Source: an uncultured cyanobacterium
GTDB lineage: Bacteria > Cyanobacteriota > Cyanobacteriia > Phormidesmidales > Phormidesmidaceae
Assembly (NCBI GenBank): GCA_963702855.1
Contig: OY969765.1
Coordinates: 513,766-577,765, forward strand
Length of the DNA: 64,000 bases
Direction of reading: 5' to 3'
The notes beneath the pieces are model-generated. The model saw only the letters and a list, made by a program, of their open reading frames with translations, made no database searches and was not told the DNA's origin. Positions 38,607-48,769 of the stretch are shown piece by piece; position 1 is the stretch's first letter; every line of letters begins with the position of its first letter. The position numbers were made by a program, and so were the translations under genes.

Positions 38607-39986
38607 CTAGCGATACATCATCTCGGGGGCACCAACCATTAGGGCAGGCTGTAGGCCCACCGGAGAGCTATTGATGATAGATAGAGTCTGGGGCGAAAGC
38701 TGGTCGCCTAGGGTTTCTAAAAGTGCTGAGGCGCTGGGTTTTTCTACTGGCAGGTTGACGATTGCTCGAGCAAAGCCAACTCGGCGCAGCATGGCATCTG
38801 CATTTAGCCAGGCAGACTCAGTTTGGGCATAGCCGTTAGGCGTACGGCAGCGGTACAGCGGCATTCCTAGCTGATTCATTGTCCCAATCAAACGCCGCAC
38901 GGCATTTTCATCTGGTGCGGTTAGACCCGCCGCTCTAGCCGCTGATAGGAGATATTGGTAGGGCGTTTTGAATTTGGTTTGGTAGTGAGCATCGGCCCAG
39001 AATTCGTCGCTGTCGAAGAGCGATCGCAGCACCTGTTTAATATCTCCATCTGTGGCTAAAAAGCGCTCGGCCATACGCTCGACTACACCCACCGGTGGCA
39101 CATCGCTAATAAAGTACTGGGCCAGCTGATGGCTAATATGACGCGCCGTAGACGGGTGCTGAGCCAGTAAATCTAGCGCGCGCTCACCTTCATCAACCCC
39201 ACCGCCCGGAATCAGTTCTCCTAGCAGCCTCTTATCACCACCATCGTGCCGATCGGCCTCAAACCTAAAGCCGCTGCCGTCATGATTAGGAATATCCTCA
39301 CGCACAATGCCCCAGCCCGTCAAAATTCGAGTCAACGCTTCGACATCCGCTTGGGTGTAGCCACCGTCTACGCCCATCGTATGCAGCTCCATCAGCTCAC
39401 GAGCGTAGTTTTCGTTAAGTCCTCGATAAGGACCTTTAGCCTTGGGGCTATCCGGGTCGGTATTGCGCCAGTTATCCAGATAGAAAGCCATCGCTGGGTG
39501 TTTAGCAGTAGCTCCGAGTAAAGCTCTAAACTTACCTAGCGCATGAGTGCGCATAGCCATTCTTTCGTAAGCACCTACCCACAGCTTAGTTAGGCCCTTG
39601 CCGATATACACGTTGAAGTGGTTGAACCAAAATTCCACCATCACCTCTTGCAGCTGGTTGGGACTTTCTAGCGCTCGCCGAATTCTTGCCTGAAGCGCCT
39701 CTTGAACTATAGTCGCCTGCTTTTGCCTAAGCGCCGCGCTGCGTTCAGAAGAGTCATCTCTTTTGGGCGCAGGGTACTGCTCGAACAGCTCTACAGGAGA
39801 AAGCGCCAGCGTGGAAAACGCTCTAAGCGCTCTGGTGAGCGAAGCCGGATCGCTATTATCAGATGGGTTTAGCTGCGATTGAATATAGCCGTCTATGCCT
39901 AGCTGGCTAACAAGCTGGCGATCGCCTGGCCTAGGGCCGAAGCCAAGCCGATTTAGAACATGCGTATTTTTTTTCGAAGTATCCAC
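38607..39986 (-). CDS. DUF1800-family protein
   Basis: LNRLGFGPRPG, FWFNHFNV, M.FYLDN, NENYARELMELHT.G, KFKTP; GTG start. Confidence 0.88.
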   Translation of the reverse strand: MDTSKKNTHVLNRLGFGPRPGDRQLVSQLGIDGYIQSQLNPSDNSDPASLTRALRAFSTLALSPVELFEQYPAPKRDDSSERSAALRQKQATIVQEALQARIRRALESPNQLQEVMVEFWFNHFNVYIGKGLTKLWVGAYERMAMRTHALGKFRALLGATAKHPAMAFYLDNWRNTDPDSPKAKGPYRGLNENYARELMELHTMGVDGGYTQADVEALTRILTGWGIVREDIPNHDGSGFRFEADRHDGGDKRLLGELIPGGGVDEGERALDLLAQHPSTARHISHQLAQYFISDVPPVGVVERMAERFLATDGDIKQVLRSLFDSDEFWADAHYQTKFKTPYQYLLSAARAAGLTAPDENAVRRLIGTMNQLGMPLYRCRTPNGYAQTESAWLNADAMLRRVGFARAIVNLPVEKPSASALLETLGDQLSPQTLSIINSSPVGLQPALMVGAPEMMYR

Positions 39987-40309
39987 AGCTATATCAGCAA
40001 AATCAATGTCTAAGTCACCCTATCGCGACCCGCATTAATTCTATCGACTGAGCTTGATAGTGGCTAAATAATAGTGGTCAAAACTCGAACTGGCTCTATC
40101 GCGTTTCGGCTTGTTTCTAGCAACAGCCCCATAGCCTAGTAACCAGGAAAACATCGAGCGCTAACGGTGCCAGATAGCGTCCAGATAGCGTCGCTACTCA
40201 GCGTGATGATAAACTGCCGTTCTCTGCCTAGCCGCTGACGACATAGCTTGCTGCAAGTTCCCCATCTTCTCTACCTCGAATTAAAGATTTATTCTGCTGT
40301 AAAGTCTCC

Positions 40310-42161
40310 CTATGACTCAAGGTTCGCGGATAAAAAAGGGAGTTCGCAACAATTAGCCAGTCAGCGAGAGATAGATTTCATCAAGGGTGTCTAATAACTG
40401 TAGTATGCGCTGTTGTAGCTCTGAGAGGGGTGAGAGAAAGCGTTGTCTAACTTGGTCAATATCCATAAGCGTGAGGGTAATGCCGCGAAAGGCTTTGAGC
40501 AGTAGCTCAGCGGTGGGCTGTTGTGTAGCGCGTTTGGAATTACCCGCATAGAGCCCAGGCAGTTCCTGTTGTTGTGCCTGTAATTGAGTGCGCACGGAGA
40601 ATTCGAGCAGGCAAAGGATTCGCAAGCCCAAACTCAACAGCCGAATCAATCCCTTGACCCGCTCGTCAGAAGCCAAATAGATAGGCCGCAGCCCGAGTGC
40701 TTTGCCCTTGTATCGGCCAAAGCCTTGTTCAATGAGGTACTCATTGCGGTAGCCGTAGACGGCCTCTTCAAGTGACAACTCAAGGTCGTTGCTCACGTAG
40801 ACTCGCCAGCCCATTAGCTGCGAGCAGTGTTGATAAGCGTCATCGTTCAATGTCGGTTTCACCGTGACGGTGGTTTCGGTGATAGTCCTAGCTGGCTGGT
40901 CGCGGTAGGCGCGTTTGTGCGTCGTTTCAGCCTTGGTCTCGTAGGCGACTTGAATCAGGTCTTTGAGGCGATAGCGCTGAAGAATTCGGTGAGCGGCAGC
41001 CTCGGTTTCCTCAGGCGAGAGTCGTTTGTGGCCACGACCCGTCAGGTTCAGTTGGTTCAGTGCCTCGGTGGCTTTTTGGATGCGGTTGTCCAACCCTTGT
41101 TGCTGTCGTCTGGCGTACTTGAACGAATGCACCACCAGCCACTGTTCGCGCCAGGTGAACGGCGTTGCCATCACCTCAACCGATTGCGGCATCGTGAAGG
41201 TAAACCCCTCCGCTATCAACTCAGGTTCGGCGGGTGGTTCCGTGGTTGCCTTAGCGTCACGACTGTTTTGCTCGGGCGCGGCAACGGGTGTAAGCGTCTC
41301 CTCGCCTCGGAAAACAGGTGCGAGTAACTCGGCTAGGTCGGCTTTGGAGACTTGCTTCTCTGGCAGCGGGCACAGGTAGTAGTTCTGGCTTTGGGAGATA
41401 TAGCGCCTTGTCTCTAGCGCGGCCATCTTACTATCGCCGACGTAGGTCAACCCGCTTGTCGCCAGACTCTGTTGGACTTTCTTGATCTCGGGTATGTACA
41501 ACGGGTCGTCTGCTTGATTGCCACTCACTATTGTGGTGCTCACCGGCATCCCTAATGGATCTAAGGCCGCTTGCGATATCTTCACTTGTGGGAGGTCGGG
41601 CCGATAGTCTTTGCTGTGGCCAAATTGAAATAAGCCCTCGCCTTCGACTGGCCTGTAGCCACTACTGGTCGTGGTGTCCAGACGGACACACGATACCTTC
41701 AAGTCATACACCCGTACTGTATGACAGTTCAACGCGCCTTCAAATGCGTCCCACTGCGGGTCATCGCTCAATCGGTCTAGGACGCGCTCCAAGCGGTCAT
41801 CACTGAAGTCCAGACTCCGCACAGTTGGCGCTAAACTATGCTGCAAAGTGCTGCTCAGTCCCGCCGCCCAGGCTTCCACCTGATTGAGGCGATGGTCTCC
41901 TTGCGAGAGTAGATAAGACAGCCAGCCCGTCAGCACCTTGCCCACACTCAAGCCTTGCCAGTTCCCATGCCCCGCAAAATGCTCGTCTACCAGCCCGCTC
42001 AGATTTAGTCGTTTCATCTGATTCAATAGCAATGGAATATCATCGACCCGTTCGTTCCCGATAAGCTCTGCCATAGCCGCTATGCCCTGATGTACTTGAC
42101 CTCATTATCGCGGCATCTATTTGACTTTCTCAACTATCTTTCAGCGAACCATGAGTTATAG
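40310..42161. mobile_element. IS1634-like insertion sequence
   Basis: Imperfect terminal inverted repeats, 19/23 identical (40310-40332 CTATGACTCAAGGTTCGCGGATA; 42139-42161), flanking the transposase; no target duplication found. Confidence 0.75.
40353..42074 (-). CDS. DDE transposase, IS1634-like
   Basis: ERVDDIPLL, LDTTT, GHSKD.RPDLPQ, YVGDSKM, IEQGFGRYK. Confidence 0.85.
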   Translation of the reverse strand: MAELIGNERVDDIPLLLNQMKRLNLSGLVDEHFAGHGNWQGLSVGKVLTGWLSYLLSQGDHRLNQVEAWAAGLSSTLQHSLAPTVRSLDFSDDRLERVLDRLSDDPQWDAFEGALNCHTVRVYDLKVSCVRLDTTTSSGYRPVEGEGLFQFGHSKDYRPDLPQVKISQAALDPLGMPVSTTIVSGNQADDPLYIPEIKKVQQSLATSGLTYVGDSKMAALETRRYISQSQNYYLCPLPEKQVSKADLAELLAPVFRGEETLTPVAAPEQNSRDAKATTEPPAEPELIAEGFTFTMPQSVEVMATPFTWREQWLVVHSFKYARRQQQGLDNRIQKATEALNQLNLTGRGHKRLSPEETEAAAHRILQRYRLKDLIQVAYETKAETTHKRAYRDQPARTITETTVTVKPTLNDDAYQHCSQLMGWRVYVSNDLELSLEEAVYGYRNEYLIEQGFGRYKGKALGLRPIYLASDERVKGLIRLLSLGLRILCLLEFSVRTQLQAQQQELPGLYAGNSKRATQQPTAELLLKAFRGITLTLMDIDQVRQRFLSPLSELQQRILQLLDTLDEIYLSLTG

Positions 42162-42559
42162 AGTTGAATGGTTTTATAGAACCCTTGCTGCTAGAGTATC
42201 AGAACCGCCACCAGATTTCTGACGACTGGTCGAAACTAGGATTTCTCACTACTCACCTTAACTTCAGCAATGCGGTACTGCTAAAAAACTTGACTACTGC
42301 CGAGCAAATCTTTGTTGAACCTTACTTCAATTTTTTGGAAGAGCAGGTAGCGTTACCATGGTCACGCGTTTGCGCGGCAGCAAGCACTCATCAGTATGCT
42401 TCGCCTGCCTTCAAGTTAGTTAAGCGAATGCTGTCACAGTCCGAAGCAATCTCTCAGCGAGTTTATACGAACCTTCTACAACAGTTCCCTAGAACCACCA
42501 TGCGACGTGGGAGGCTAGATCATCCTGGCGTAAAGCATTCATGCATTCGAGATTTGAAT

Positions 42560-43638
42560 GGCTTTGTTGCGTGAATCAGAAAACAGTCAGAAGTCTCCTG
42601 CTGTGGTCATTCTTTAAGCTTCAACCGGATAACTATCGGGCATTCCTAGCTGAGTCATTTTGTTGAGCGCCTTGCACTCAATCATCAGCTCTGTCGTCTG
42701 CGTTTTAATCTGCCTCGCACACACCTCTCCTGTGAAAATGGTTTTAAGTCGATACATCCCGGTTTCGCTCAGCGAGCGACGGTGGTAGTCAATCTCTTCT
42801 TTCCAAGCCGAGCGCCCCACCTGTCGAATGCGTCTGAGGTTCTCATCACGAGGATGTGCTGGCCCTTTGCGGTTACCATGAAACCAAATCTTGGCATCTT
42901 TGCGCGGCGGTATCGCAGCGGTTGCATCCCGCTCCTCAATGTAATCATAGACGTAGCCACAGTCGTAGGCACCATCTGCGCTCACTTGCTCTATCTCATC
43001 GTCAATCTCATCGAGCAGTTCGCCTAACACTTCGCTGTCACCCGTTGAGTTGGGTGTGACCACAGCGGCTAGAATTTCGCCCGTCTCTTCATCAATGCCG
43101 ACGTGTAGCTTTAGCCAGGTGCGGCGCTTGCTAACCCCATGCTTCCGCGCTTTCCATTCACCCTCTCCATAGACCTTTACACCGGTACTATCAATCACAA
43201 CGTGGCGACTGCCCTGCGTCGGTGTTACTGACAGGTCTATCTTCAGTCGCTTGGCACGACGCGATAGCGTGCTGTAGTGCGGTAATTCTAGCTCTACAGA
43301 CATCAACTTAAACAGCGAACGGGCAAACCCGATGGTCTGACGCAGCTTTTGTCTGTACACCGACTTCAGCGTCAACAGCGTCTCTATCGCCAAGTCGCTG
43401 TACGTATCCGATGCGCCCGGTTTTCCTGTCTTCTGGGTATTCTTCCACGCGACCAAAACGTCTTCGTCTAGCCAGATGTGAAGGCTCCCCCGGCTGACCA
43501 AGGCAGCGTTGTAATCTGACCAGTTGCGGAGCTTGTAGTGAGATGTCATCGGTGGCGTTGTGTGTTGTCGTAACTGCAACTTACCAAGCGCTCTCTACTC
43601 TCCGCAGCTACCTATCGACCTATTTGTGCAACAAAGCC
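42560..43638. mobile_element. IS5-family (IS903 group) insertion sequence
   Basis: IRs GGCTTTGTTGCGTGAAT and GGCTTTGTTGCACAAAT; perfect 9-bp TSD GATTTGAAT at 42551-42559 and 43639-43647. Confidence 0.95.
42614..43579 (-). CDS. IS5/IS903-group transposase
   Basis: NWSDYNAALV.RGSL..W, DSTG.KVYGEGEW, W.KLH, ADGAYD, YHRRSLSETGMYR.K. Confidence 0.93.
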   Translation of the reverse strand: MQLRQHTTPPMTSHYKLRNWSDYNAALVSRGSLHIWLDEDVLVAWKNTQKTGKPGASDTYSDLAIETLLTLKSVYRQKLRQTIGFARSLFKLMSVELELPHYSTLSRRAKRLKIDLSVTPTQGSRHVVIDSTGVKVYGEGEWKARKHGVSKRRTWLKLHVGIDEETGEILAAVVTPNSTGDSEVLGELLDEIDDEIEQVSADGAYDCGYVYDYIEERDATAAIPPRKDAKIWFHGNRKGPAHPRDENLRRIRQVGRSAWKEEIDYHRRSLSETGMYRLKTIFTGEVCARQIKTQTTELMIECKALNKMTQLGMPDSYPVEA

Positions 43639-43952
43639 GATTTGAATATGTTCCAGGCATATCTCTGGCTTTGCGTTATGCAAGGTAGCCTCGCGCCAGT
43701 TGAAGATGAGCTAATAAGAGTATGCACCATGGTGATGCCACGTGTGGGTGTGCCTTGGGAGATGATTCTCAAGTGGAACGAGATGTTGATGGATGAGGTG
43801 ACGGACCGAACTCTGTTGACTCATCAGCCACTTCTCGAGCCATACATGGCTGGGTTTATGAACACATTCAAGCAGTCGAAGGATCAGTTCACTACGGATT
43901 GACTAGAGGTTTAGCTGTGTCAGCACTAGTATCACCGTTTAAGGTCACTGAT

Positions 43953-43992
43953 TAAGCCCCCTCTTTCGTCGCTTCAAGGAAGAGGGGGCTTA
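43953..43992. terminator. Strong palindrome (terminator or REP-like element)
   Basis: TAAGCCCCCTCTT ... AAGAGGGGGCTTA, a 13-bp perfect stem 50 bp after the pseudogene stop. Confidence 0.6.
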
Positions 43993-44416
43993 CAGCAGCG
44001 TACAAAACAGTAGCGTGTAAAAGATTAGGACAACACAAGCTAAACAATTTAGAGATACCGCGCTTAGGTGATTGCCTAGCGTAGCCAGTGTCGGGAACGC
44101 TACTCAAAGAAAACGCGGCCTCAACTAACTATTAAACGCGGCTAGTAAACGCAGCTAGTAAACGCGGCTAGTAATAAACTACTGCCTCTTGTCAGTTCCT
44201 TTTGTCAGATGGATGGCAGTCCAATCAACCACGGCGAGTGTCTTCATATGGTGGGACATTTGCTATACTATCGCCCTCTTGCCACCGGCTACACGTACAA
44301 TGTCAACCGTACGACATGCCGATCGCACTTACATATTTACCGACATATTTACCGACATATTTGCCGACCGTACGATTGATCCAACCGCACTCAACTCATC
44401 ATTATTAGGGGCGCTA

Positions 44417-44959
44417 ATGAAGCCACTCAGAAGGTTAGAAGTCGTCTTTGAAACGTTCATCTGGAATTTTCGCTTCTTTGTTCTGCTACCTGTCATCTTT
44501 AGTCTGTTAAGCGCTATTAAGTTTTTTATTATTGGGACGTTAGACATTTGGGCTGGCTTTAGTCTCCAGTTTGACGTTGCCGATCCTGAGGGCGAAGTTA
44601 CTAACAAAATAGTCTCCTATATTATCGGTGGCGTAGACTACTATCTCATCGGCATTGTCTTGCTTATTTTTGGCTTTGGTGTTTATGAGCTGTTTATTTC
44701 CAAAATTGATGTTCGATTCGATCATGAGGTCAATATTCTTCAAAGCGAGTCCTTAGAAGAGCTAAAAGGCAAGCTAGTGCAGGTAATTGTCGTAGCGCTG
44801 ATTGTTAATCTGTTCAAGAAGATGCTGGGTTTAGAAATCACAGAAACCAGTGACATTCTCTACATTGCGCTTTCTATTCTGCTAATTGCTGTTAGCAACT
44901 ATCTATTACAGCTTCAATACAAAAATATAGAAGAAAGCAGCGATGATATCTCTGAGTAA
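44417..44959 (+). CDS. yqhA: YqhA (UPF0114) family membrane protein
   Basis: IIGGVDYYLIGIVLLIFGFGVYELFISK, SLEELK.KL..VIVV.L.V; start placed at ATG 44417. Confidence 0.85.
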   Translation: MKPLRRLEVVFETFIWNFRFFVLLPVIFSLLSAIKFFIIGTLDIWAGFSLQFDVADPEGEVTNKIVSYIIGGVDYYLIGIVLLIFGFGVYELFISKIDVRFDHEVNILQSESLEELKGKLVQVIVVALIVNLFKKMLGLEITETSDILYIALSILLIAVSNYLLQLQYKNIEESSDDISE

Positions 44960-45088
44960 AGCTCTCGTCTGAGGATAGACTGCGCTAGAGCGCTCCAGGC
45001 AGTTGGTTCTCTGATACGTTTAGTTCTTTAATACGTTTAGTTCTTTAATACGTTTCACAAAAAATTCTACATTTCGTAAAAGATCATT

Positions 45089-46372
45089 TCACAAAAACTT
45101 AAAAACAAAGCCAAGCCCTGCACCGGCAAGAACAAGCCAGGCGGCGTTCACTTTGTAGCGAAAAACCGCGATCGCACTAGCGATCGCAATCAATAAAGTT
45201 GGCAAGTCAATCACCGCAGCGCGCGTCAAGATATAGGTCACGCCTGCCATCAAACCCAAAGAAGCAGCGTTTACCCCATCTAAAAAAGCACTGGCCAGCG
45301 GCGAGCGGCGCAGCCTAGGCACCCAAGGGTTAACCATGCCGACTAGCAGAAAAGCCGGTAGAAAGATGCCGATAGTCCCTGCGATCGCACCCATATGCCC
45401 TGCGACTAAGTACCCCACAAACGTCGCTGTCGTTAGCACTGGCCCCGGCGTAATCTGTCCGATCGCCACCGCATCCAAGAGCTGCTGCGAGCTGAGCCAC
45501 TGGTATCGCTCCACTAAATCTCGCTGCAAAAACGCTAGCAGCACGTAGCCACTGCCATAAAGTACACAGCCAATTTTGAGAAAGAACAGAAATACACTAG
45601 CCCAGCCAACTGAAACCGCCGCAGTAGTCGGGCTGCCAACTTGAGCGATCGCGCCCGGCAAAGATAAACTAGATGGAAGAAGAAACAGACCTACGCTCGT
45701 TCCCCGATTAGTCCAGTTCTTCATCAGCATCACCAGTGTGCCCGCGCCTAGCAGCATTAAAATTTCGTTGACGCCGAGAAAATAAGCTGCGATCGCTGCC
45801 ACCCCCACAGCCGTCGTCGGCCTATCTTTGGCCGCCTTTTTGCCTAGTTTCCACAGCGCCTTTAACACCACCACAATAATCACCGGCTTCACGCCATACA
45901 GCAGCCAGCCCACCTGCGGCACCGTCTCATAGCGCACATATACCGCCGCCAGCAACCACATCAACCCCAGGGCCGGCAAAATAAAGCAGCTCCCTGCCAC
46001 AAACAGCCCCTGCCATCCGGCTCGTTCATAGCCGATATGAATCGCTAACTCTGTAGAATTTGGCCCCGGCAATAGGTTCGTTACGCCCATCAAATCCAAC
46101 AGGCTCCCGCGACTCATCCACTTTCGGCGCTTCACCACCTCATCATCCATCATGGCAATGTGCGCCGCCGGTCCACCAAAGGCCACTGTACCGAGCCGAA
46201 AGAACACCGCCGCTAGCTCTTTTAGCCGCTGCCGCTGCTGATCTGGCGATAGGGCCGAGTATGGCAGCGATCGCGTGTCGTTGAGCTCGTTGCCAAGGTC
46301 ATCGCTAGACACGTCTGTGTCCCCGCCGCTCGCAGGTTCACCTATAGACTTATCTCTATCATCCAAGCTCAT
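45089..46372 (-). CDS. chrA: Chromate/oxyanion efflux transporter (long-chain CHR)
   Basis: FGGPAAHIAMM, LPGPNSTELA, YGSGYVL, QITPGPV, FLPAF. Confidence 0.92.
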   Translation of the reverse strand: MSLDDRDKSIGEPASGGDTDVSSDDLGNELNDTRSLPYSALSPDQQRQRLKELAAVFFRLGTVAFGGPAAHIAMMDDEVVKRRKWMSRGSLLDLMGVTNLLPGPNSTELAIHIGYERAGWQGLFVAGSCFILPALGLMWLLAAVYVRYETVPQVGWLLYGVKPVIIVVVLKALWKLGKKAAKDRPTTAVGVAAIAAYFLGVNEILMLLGAGTLVMLMKNWTNRGTSVGLFLLPSSLSLPGAIAQVGSPTTAAVSVGWASVFLFFLKIGCVLYGSGYVLLAFLQRDLVERYQWLSSQQLLDAVAIGQITPGPVLTTATFVGYLVAGHMGAIAGTIGIFLPAFLLVGMVNPWVPRLRRSPLASAFLDGVNAASLGLMAGVTYILTRAAVIDLPTLLIAIASAIAVFRYKVNAAWLVLAGAGLGFVFKFL

Positions 46373-46666
46373 TTTTACGCCTCATTGTTTAGAAGTTTCC
46401 ACCTATATCAGCGAGTATTAAGTAGGCCAACTAATTGGCTCATACGTCACCGCCTCACACGTGCGCTTCACATATCGCACTTACCCATAGCGCTCTACCT
46501 TGCCGATTCACATTGCCTAAGAGCAGGGCTATCAGCAATAGCTATGAGCAGGAACTATTAGGCAGAACAAAGTCACCGTTAAGATTATTCAATGCTGTTT
46601 AAGTTCAGAATAAGCAAAGACAATGGTATATTTTATTCATTGAGTTCTTCCACATTATTTTTAAGT

Positions 46667-46690
46667 CAGCATAGATTAAACCCTATGCTG
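46667..46690. promoter_or_regulatory. NdhR/CcmR (LysR) operator upstream of ndhF3
   Basis: CAGCATAG-attaaacc-CTATGCTG contains the ATAG-N8-CTAT consensus, 36 bp upstream of the ndhF3 ATG. Confidence 0.75.
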
Positions 46691-46726
46691 AAAGCCATAC
46701 ATATTTCTTGATTGGAATTTGCACCC

Positions 46727-48589
46727 ATGCCCAGTGCTACCGCTTTCGCCCAAACTAGCTGGCTAATTCCCTGCTATCCCCTTGTAGGAGCGCTCGTTTC
46801 TGTTTTTTGGTCGCCTGCGCTCATTCGGAAAACAGGTCCCCGCCCGGTAGGGTATATCAACTTACTAACAACAGTGGCGGCGCTAATCCATAGCGTGATT
46901 GCCTTCGTGGCTATCCGGCATCAGCCCGCTCAGTTCTTAGAATTTTCTTGGCTAGAAATCGCGGACTTGCACCTCACCTTACCGATAGAGCTATCGGCAC
47001 TTACTCTAGGGGCTAGCGTCGTCATTACCGTGCTCAACCTGTTAGTCCAAATCTACACGGTGGGTTACTTAGAAATGGACTGGGGCTGGGGCAGGCTGTA
47101 CTCTCTACTGGCTTTGTTCGAAGCGGGCCTGACCGCGCTAGTACTATGCGACTCGCTGTTTTTCAGCTACATTCTGTTGGAGATTTTGACGCTGGGGACC
47201 TACCTGATTGTGGGGTACTGGTTCAACCAGTCGCTGGTGGTTACTGGCGCTAGAGATGCGTTTTTGACTAAGCGGGTGGGTGATTTAATCCTGTTGATGG
47301 GCGTGCTGGCGCTGTATCCGCTGGCGGGCACGTGGAGCTTTAGCGAGCTGGCCGTCTGGGCACAAACGGTTTCAGTAGAGCGTGATTACCAACCGCTAGT
47401 GCTAGCGCTTATAGGCATTTCACTGGTGGCGGGGCCTGTGAGTAAGTGCGCGCAGTTTCCCCTACACCTATGGCTAGATGAGGCAATGGAAGGACCCTTG
47501 CCCACTACGATTTTGAGAAATTCGGTGGTGGTGGCAACTGGCGCTTGGGTGCTGGTGAAGCTAGAGCCGGTGATTGCTTTATCGCCTTGGGCTACTGGGC
47601 TAGCGGTAACTATTGGCTCGATTTCGGCGGTTGGCGGCGCGTTGATTGCCGCGGCGCAAATCGATGCGAAAAGAGTCCTCTCTTATCTGGCAAGCGCCTA
47701 TATGGGGCTTATTTTTATCGCGGTTGGCACTGGGCAAGTTACGGCGGCTCTGCTGCTGGTGCTCACCCATGCGATCGCTACAGCATTGCTAATCATGGCA
47801 ACGGGCTCGATCATCTTCAACGTCGTCAGCCAAGACATCACTCAAATGGGCGGTTTGTGGGGGCCTAGACCGGTTACTGGACTCTCATTTTTGGTCGGCA
47901 TTGTGGGGCTGATTGCGCTGCCGCCATTTGGTGGGTTTTGGTCGCTAATGGCAATGCTACAAGGGCTTTGGCAAGCGCAACAGTATGGACTAGTGGCGAC
48001 GGTCGTATTGACCAATGGCGTGGCTGGCTTTGCACTGGTGCGGATGTTTGGCCTGATGTTCGCAGGCGATCGCACCCCTATGACTGCCCGAGCACCTGAA
48101 CCAATCTGGCTCATTGTTATACCGATGACCGCGATGGCAGGCTTCACGCTCAATACGCCATTTGTCATCAAGGACTTCTCCCTATTTCCTAGTGAGCTCC
48201 AGCTAAGCTGGCCACTGGGCTGGACCCTATTTTTATCCAGCGTGATTGGGATGGGCGCGGCTAGCCTCTTCTACATCTTCCGCCAAAGCAAGGAGCTTAC
48301 CAAGGTGCTGCCTACTCGGCTCAACAATCTGCTGGCCTATGACTTCTACACGCCTAGGCTGTATCGGCTTACTGCCATTGGCTTTGTTGACTATCTCTCG
48401 CGGTTTACAGACTGGATAGATCGCTACGTTATTGACGGATTTGTCAACTTTGTAGGCCTTACCTCACTGTTTAGCGGTGAGACCCTCAGGCGATCCAATA
48501 CAGGTCAACTGCAGCTTTACGCACTGACCATTACCTTCTTTGTGGTGGCTATCAGTCTCTATCTCGGCTGGATAGCGCTCTTTGCCTAA
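46727..48589 (+). CDS. ndhF3: NDH-1 CO2-uptake subunit F3
   Basis: SWLIPCYP, RKTGPRP, GYLEMDWGW, FPLHLWLDEAMEGP; first gene of the cupA operon. Confidence 0.93.
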   Translation: MPSATAFAQTSWLIPCYPLVGALVSVFWSPALIRKTGPRPVGYINLLTTVAALIHSVIAFVAIRHQPAQFLEFSWLEIADLHLTLPIELSALTLGASVVITVLNLLVQIYTVGYLEMDWGWGRLYSLLALFEAGLTALVLCDSLFFSYILLEILTLGTYLIVGYWFNQSLVVTGARDAFLTKRVGDLILLMGVLALYPLAGTWSFSELAVWAQTVSVERDYQPLVLALIGISLVAGPVSKCAQFPLHLWLDEAMEGPLPTTILRNSVVVATGAWVLVKLEPVIALSPWATGLAVTIGSISAVGGALIAAAQIDAKRVLSYLASAYMGLIFIAVGTGQVTAALLLVLTHAIATALLIMATGSIIFNVVSQDITQMGGLWGPRPVTGLSFLVGIVGLIALPPFGGFWSLMAMLQGLWQAQQYGLVATVVLTNGVAGFALVRMFGLMFAGDRTPMTARAPEPIWLIVIPMTAMAGFTLNTPFVIKDFSLFPSELQLSWPLGWTLFLSSVIGMGAASLFYIFRQSKELTKVLPTRLNNLLAYDFYTPRLYRLTAIGFVDYLSRFTDWIDRYVIDGFVNFVGLTSLFSGETLRRSNTGQLQLYALTITFFVVAISLYLGWIALFA

Positions 48590-48769
48590 GCGCTTGCCTA
48601 GTAGCTTCTGCCCTCTGCCTGGTGCCTTCTGCTTAATACGCTTTCTCCTATTTCTTAAGGCCTCTTTCAGTTAAGGCCTTTTCCAATCAAGGGCTTTTCC
48701 AATCAAGGCCCTTCGCCAAACCTTTTTCCAAAGCTCTCGCAAAGCCCTCATAAAACCTCCTTAACCACC

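Larger units (their letters stand above)
42164..43902 (+). pseudogene. Conserved cyanobacterial hypothetical gene, 5'-truncated and split by an IS903-like element
   Basis: Removing 42560-43647 rejoins ...HSCIRDLN and MFQAYLWLC... in frame (132 + 84 aa). No in-frame 5' part exists beyond the IS1634 end. Confidence 0.85.

Noticed and set aside
38386-38642. ORFs with (FFWLV)n or (AGFLL)n repeats that look like small membrane peptides; repeat array resembling CRISPR
   Set aside because: These are translations of the 15-bp VNTR. The units are contiguous with no unique spacers and no cas genes are nearby.
44189-44416. 76-aa N-terminal extension of YqhA in the ORF track
   Set aside because: It begins at TTG, runs through a 12-bp tandem repeat and looks non-coding; ATG 44417 fits the family length.
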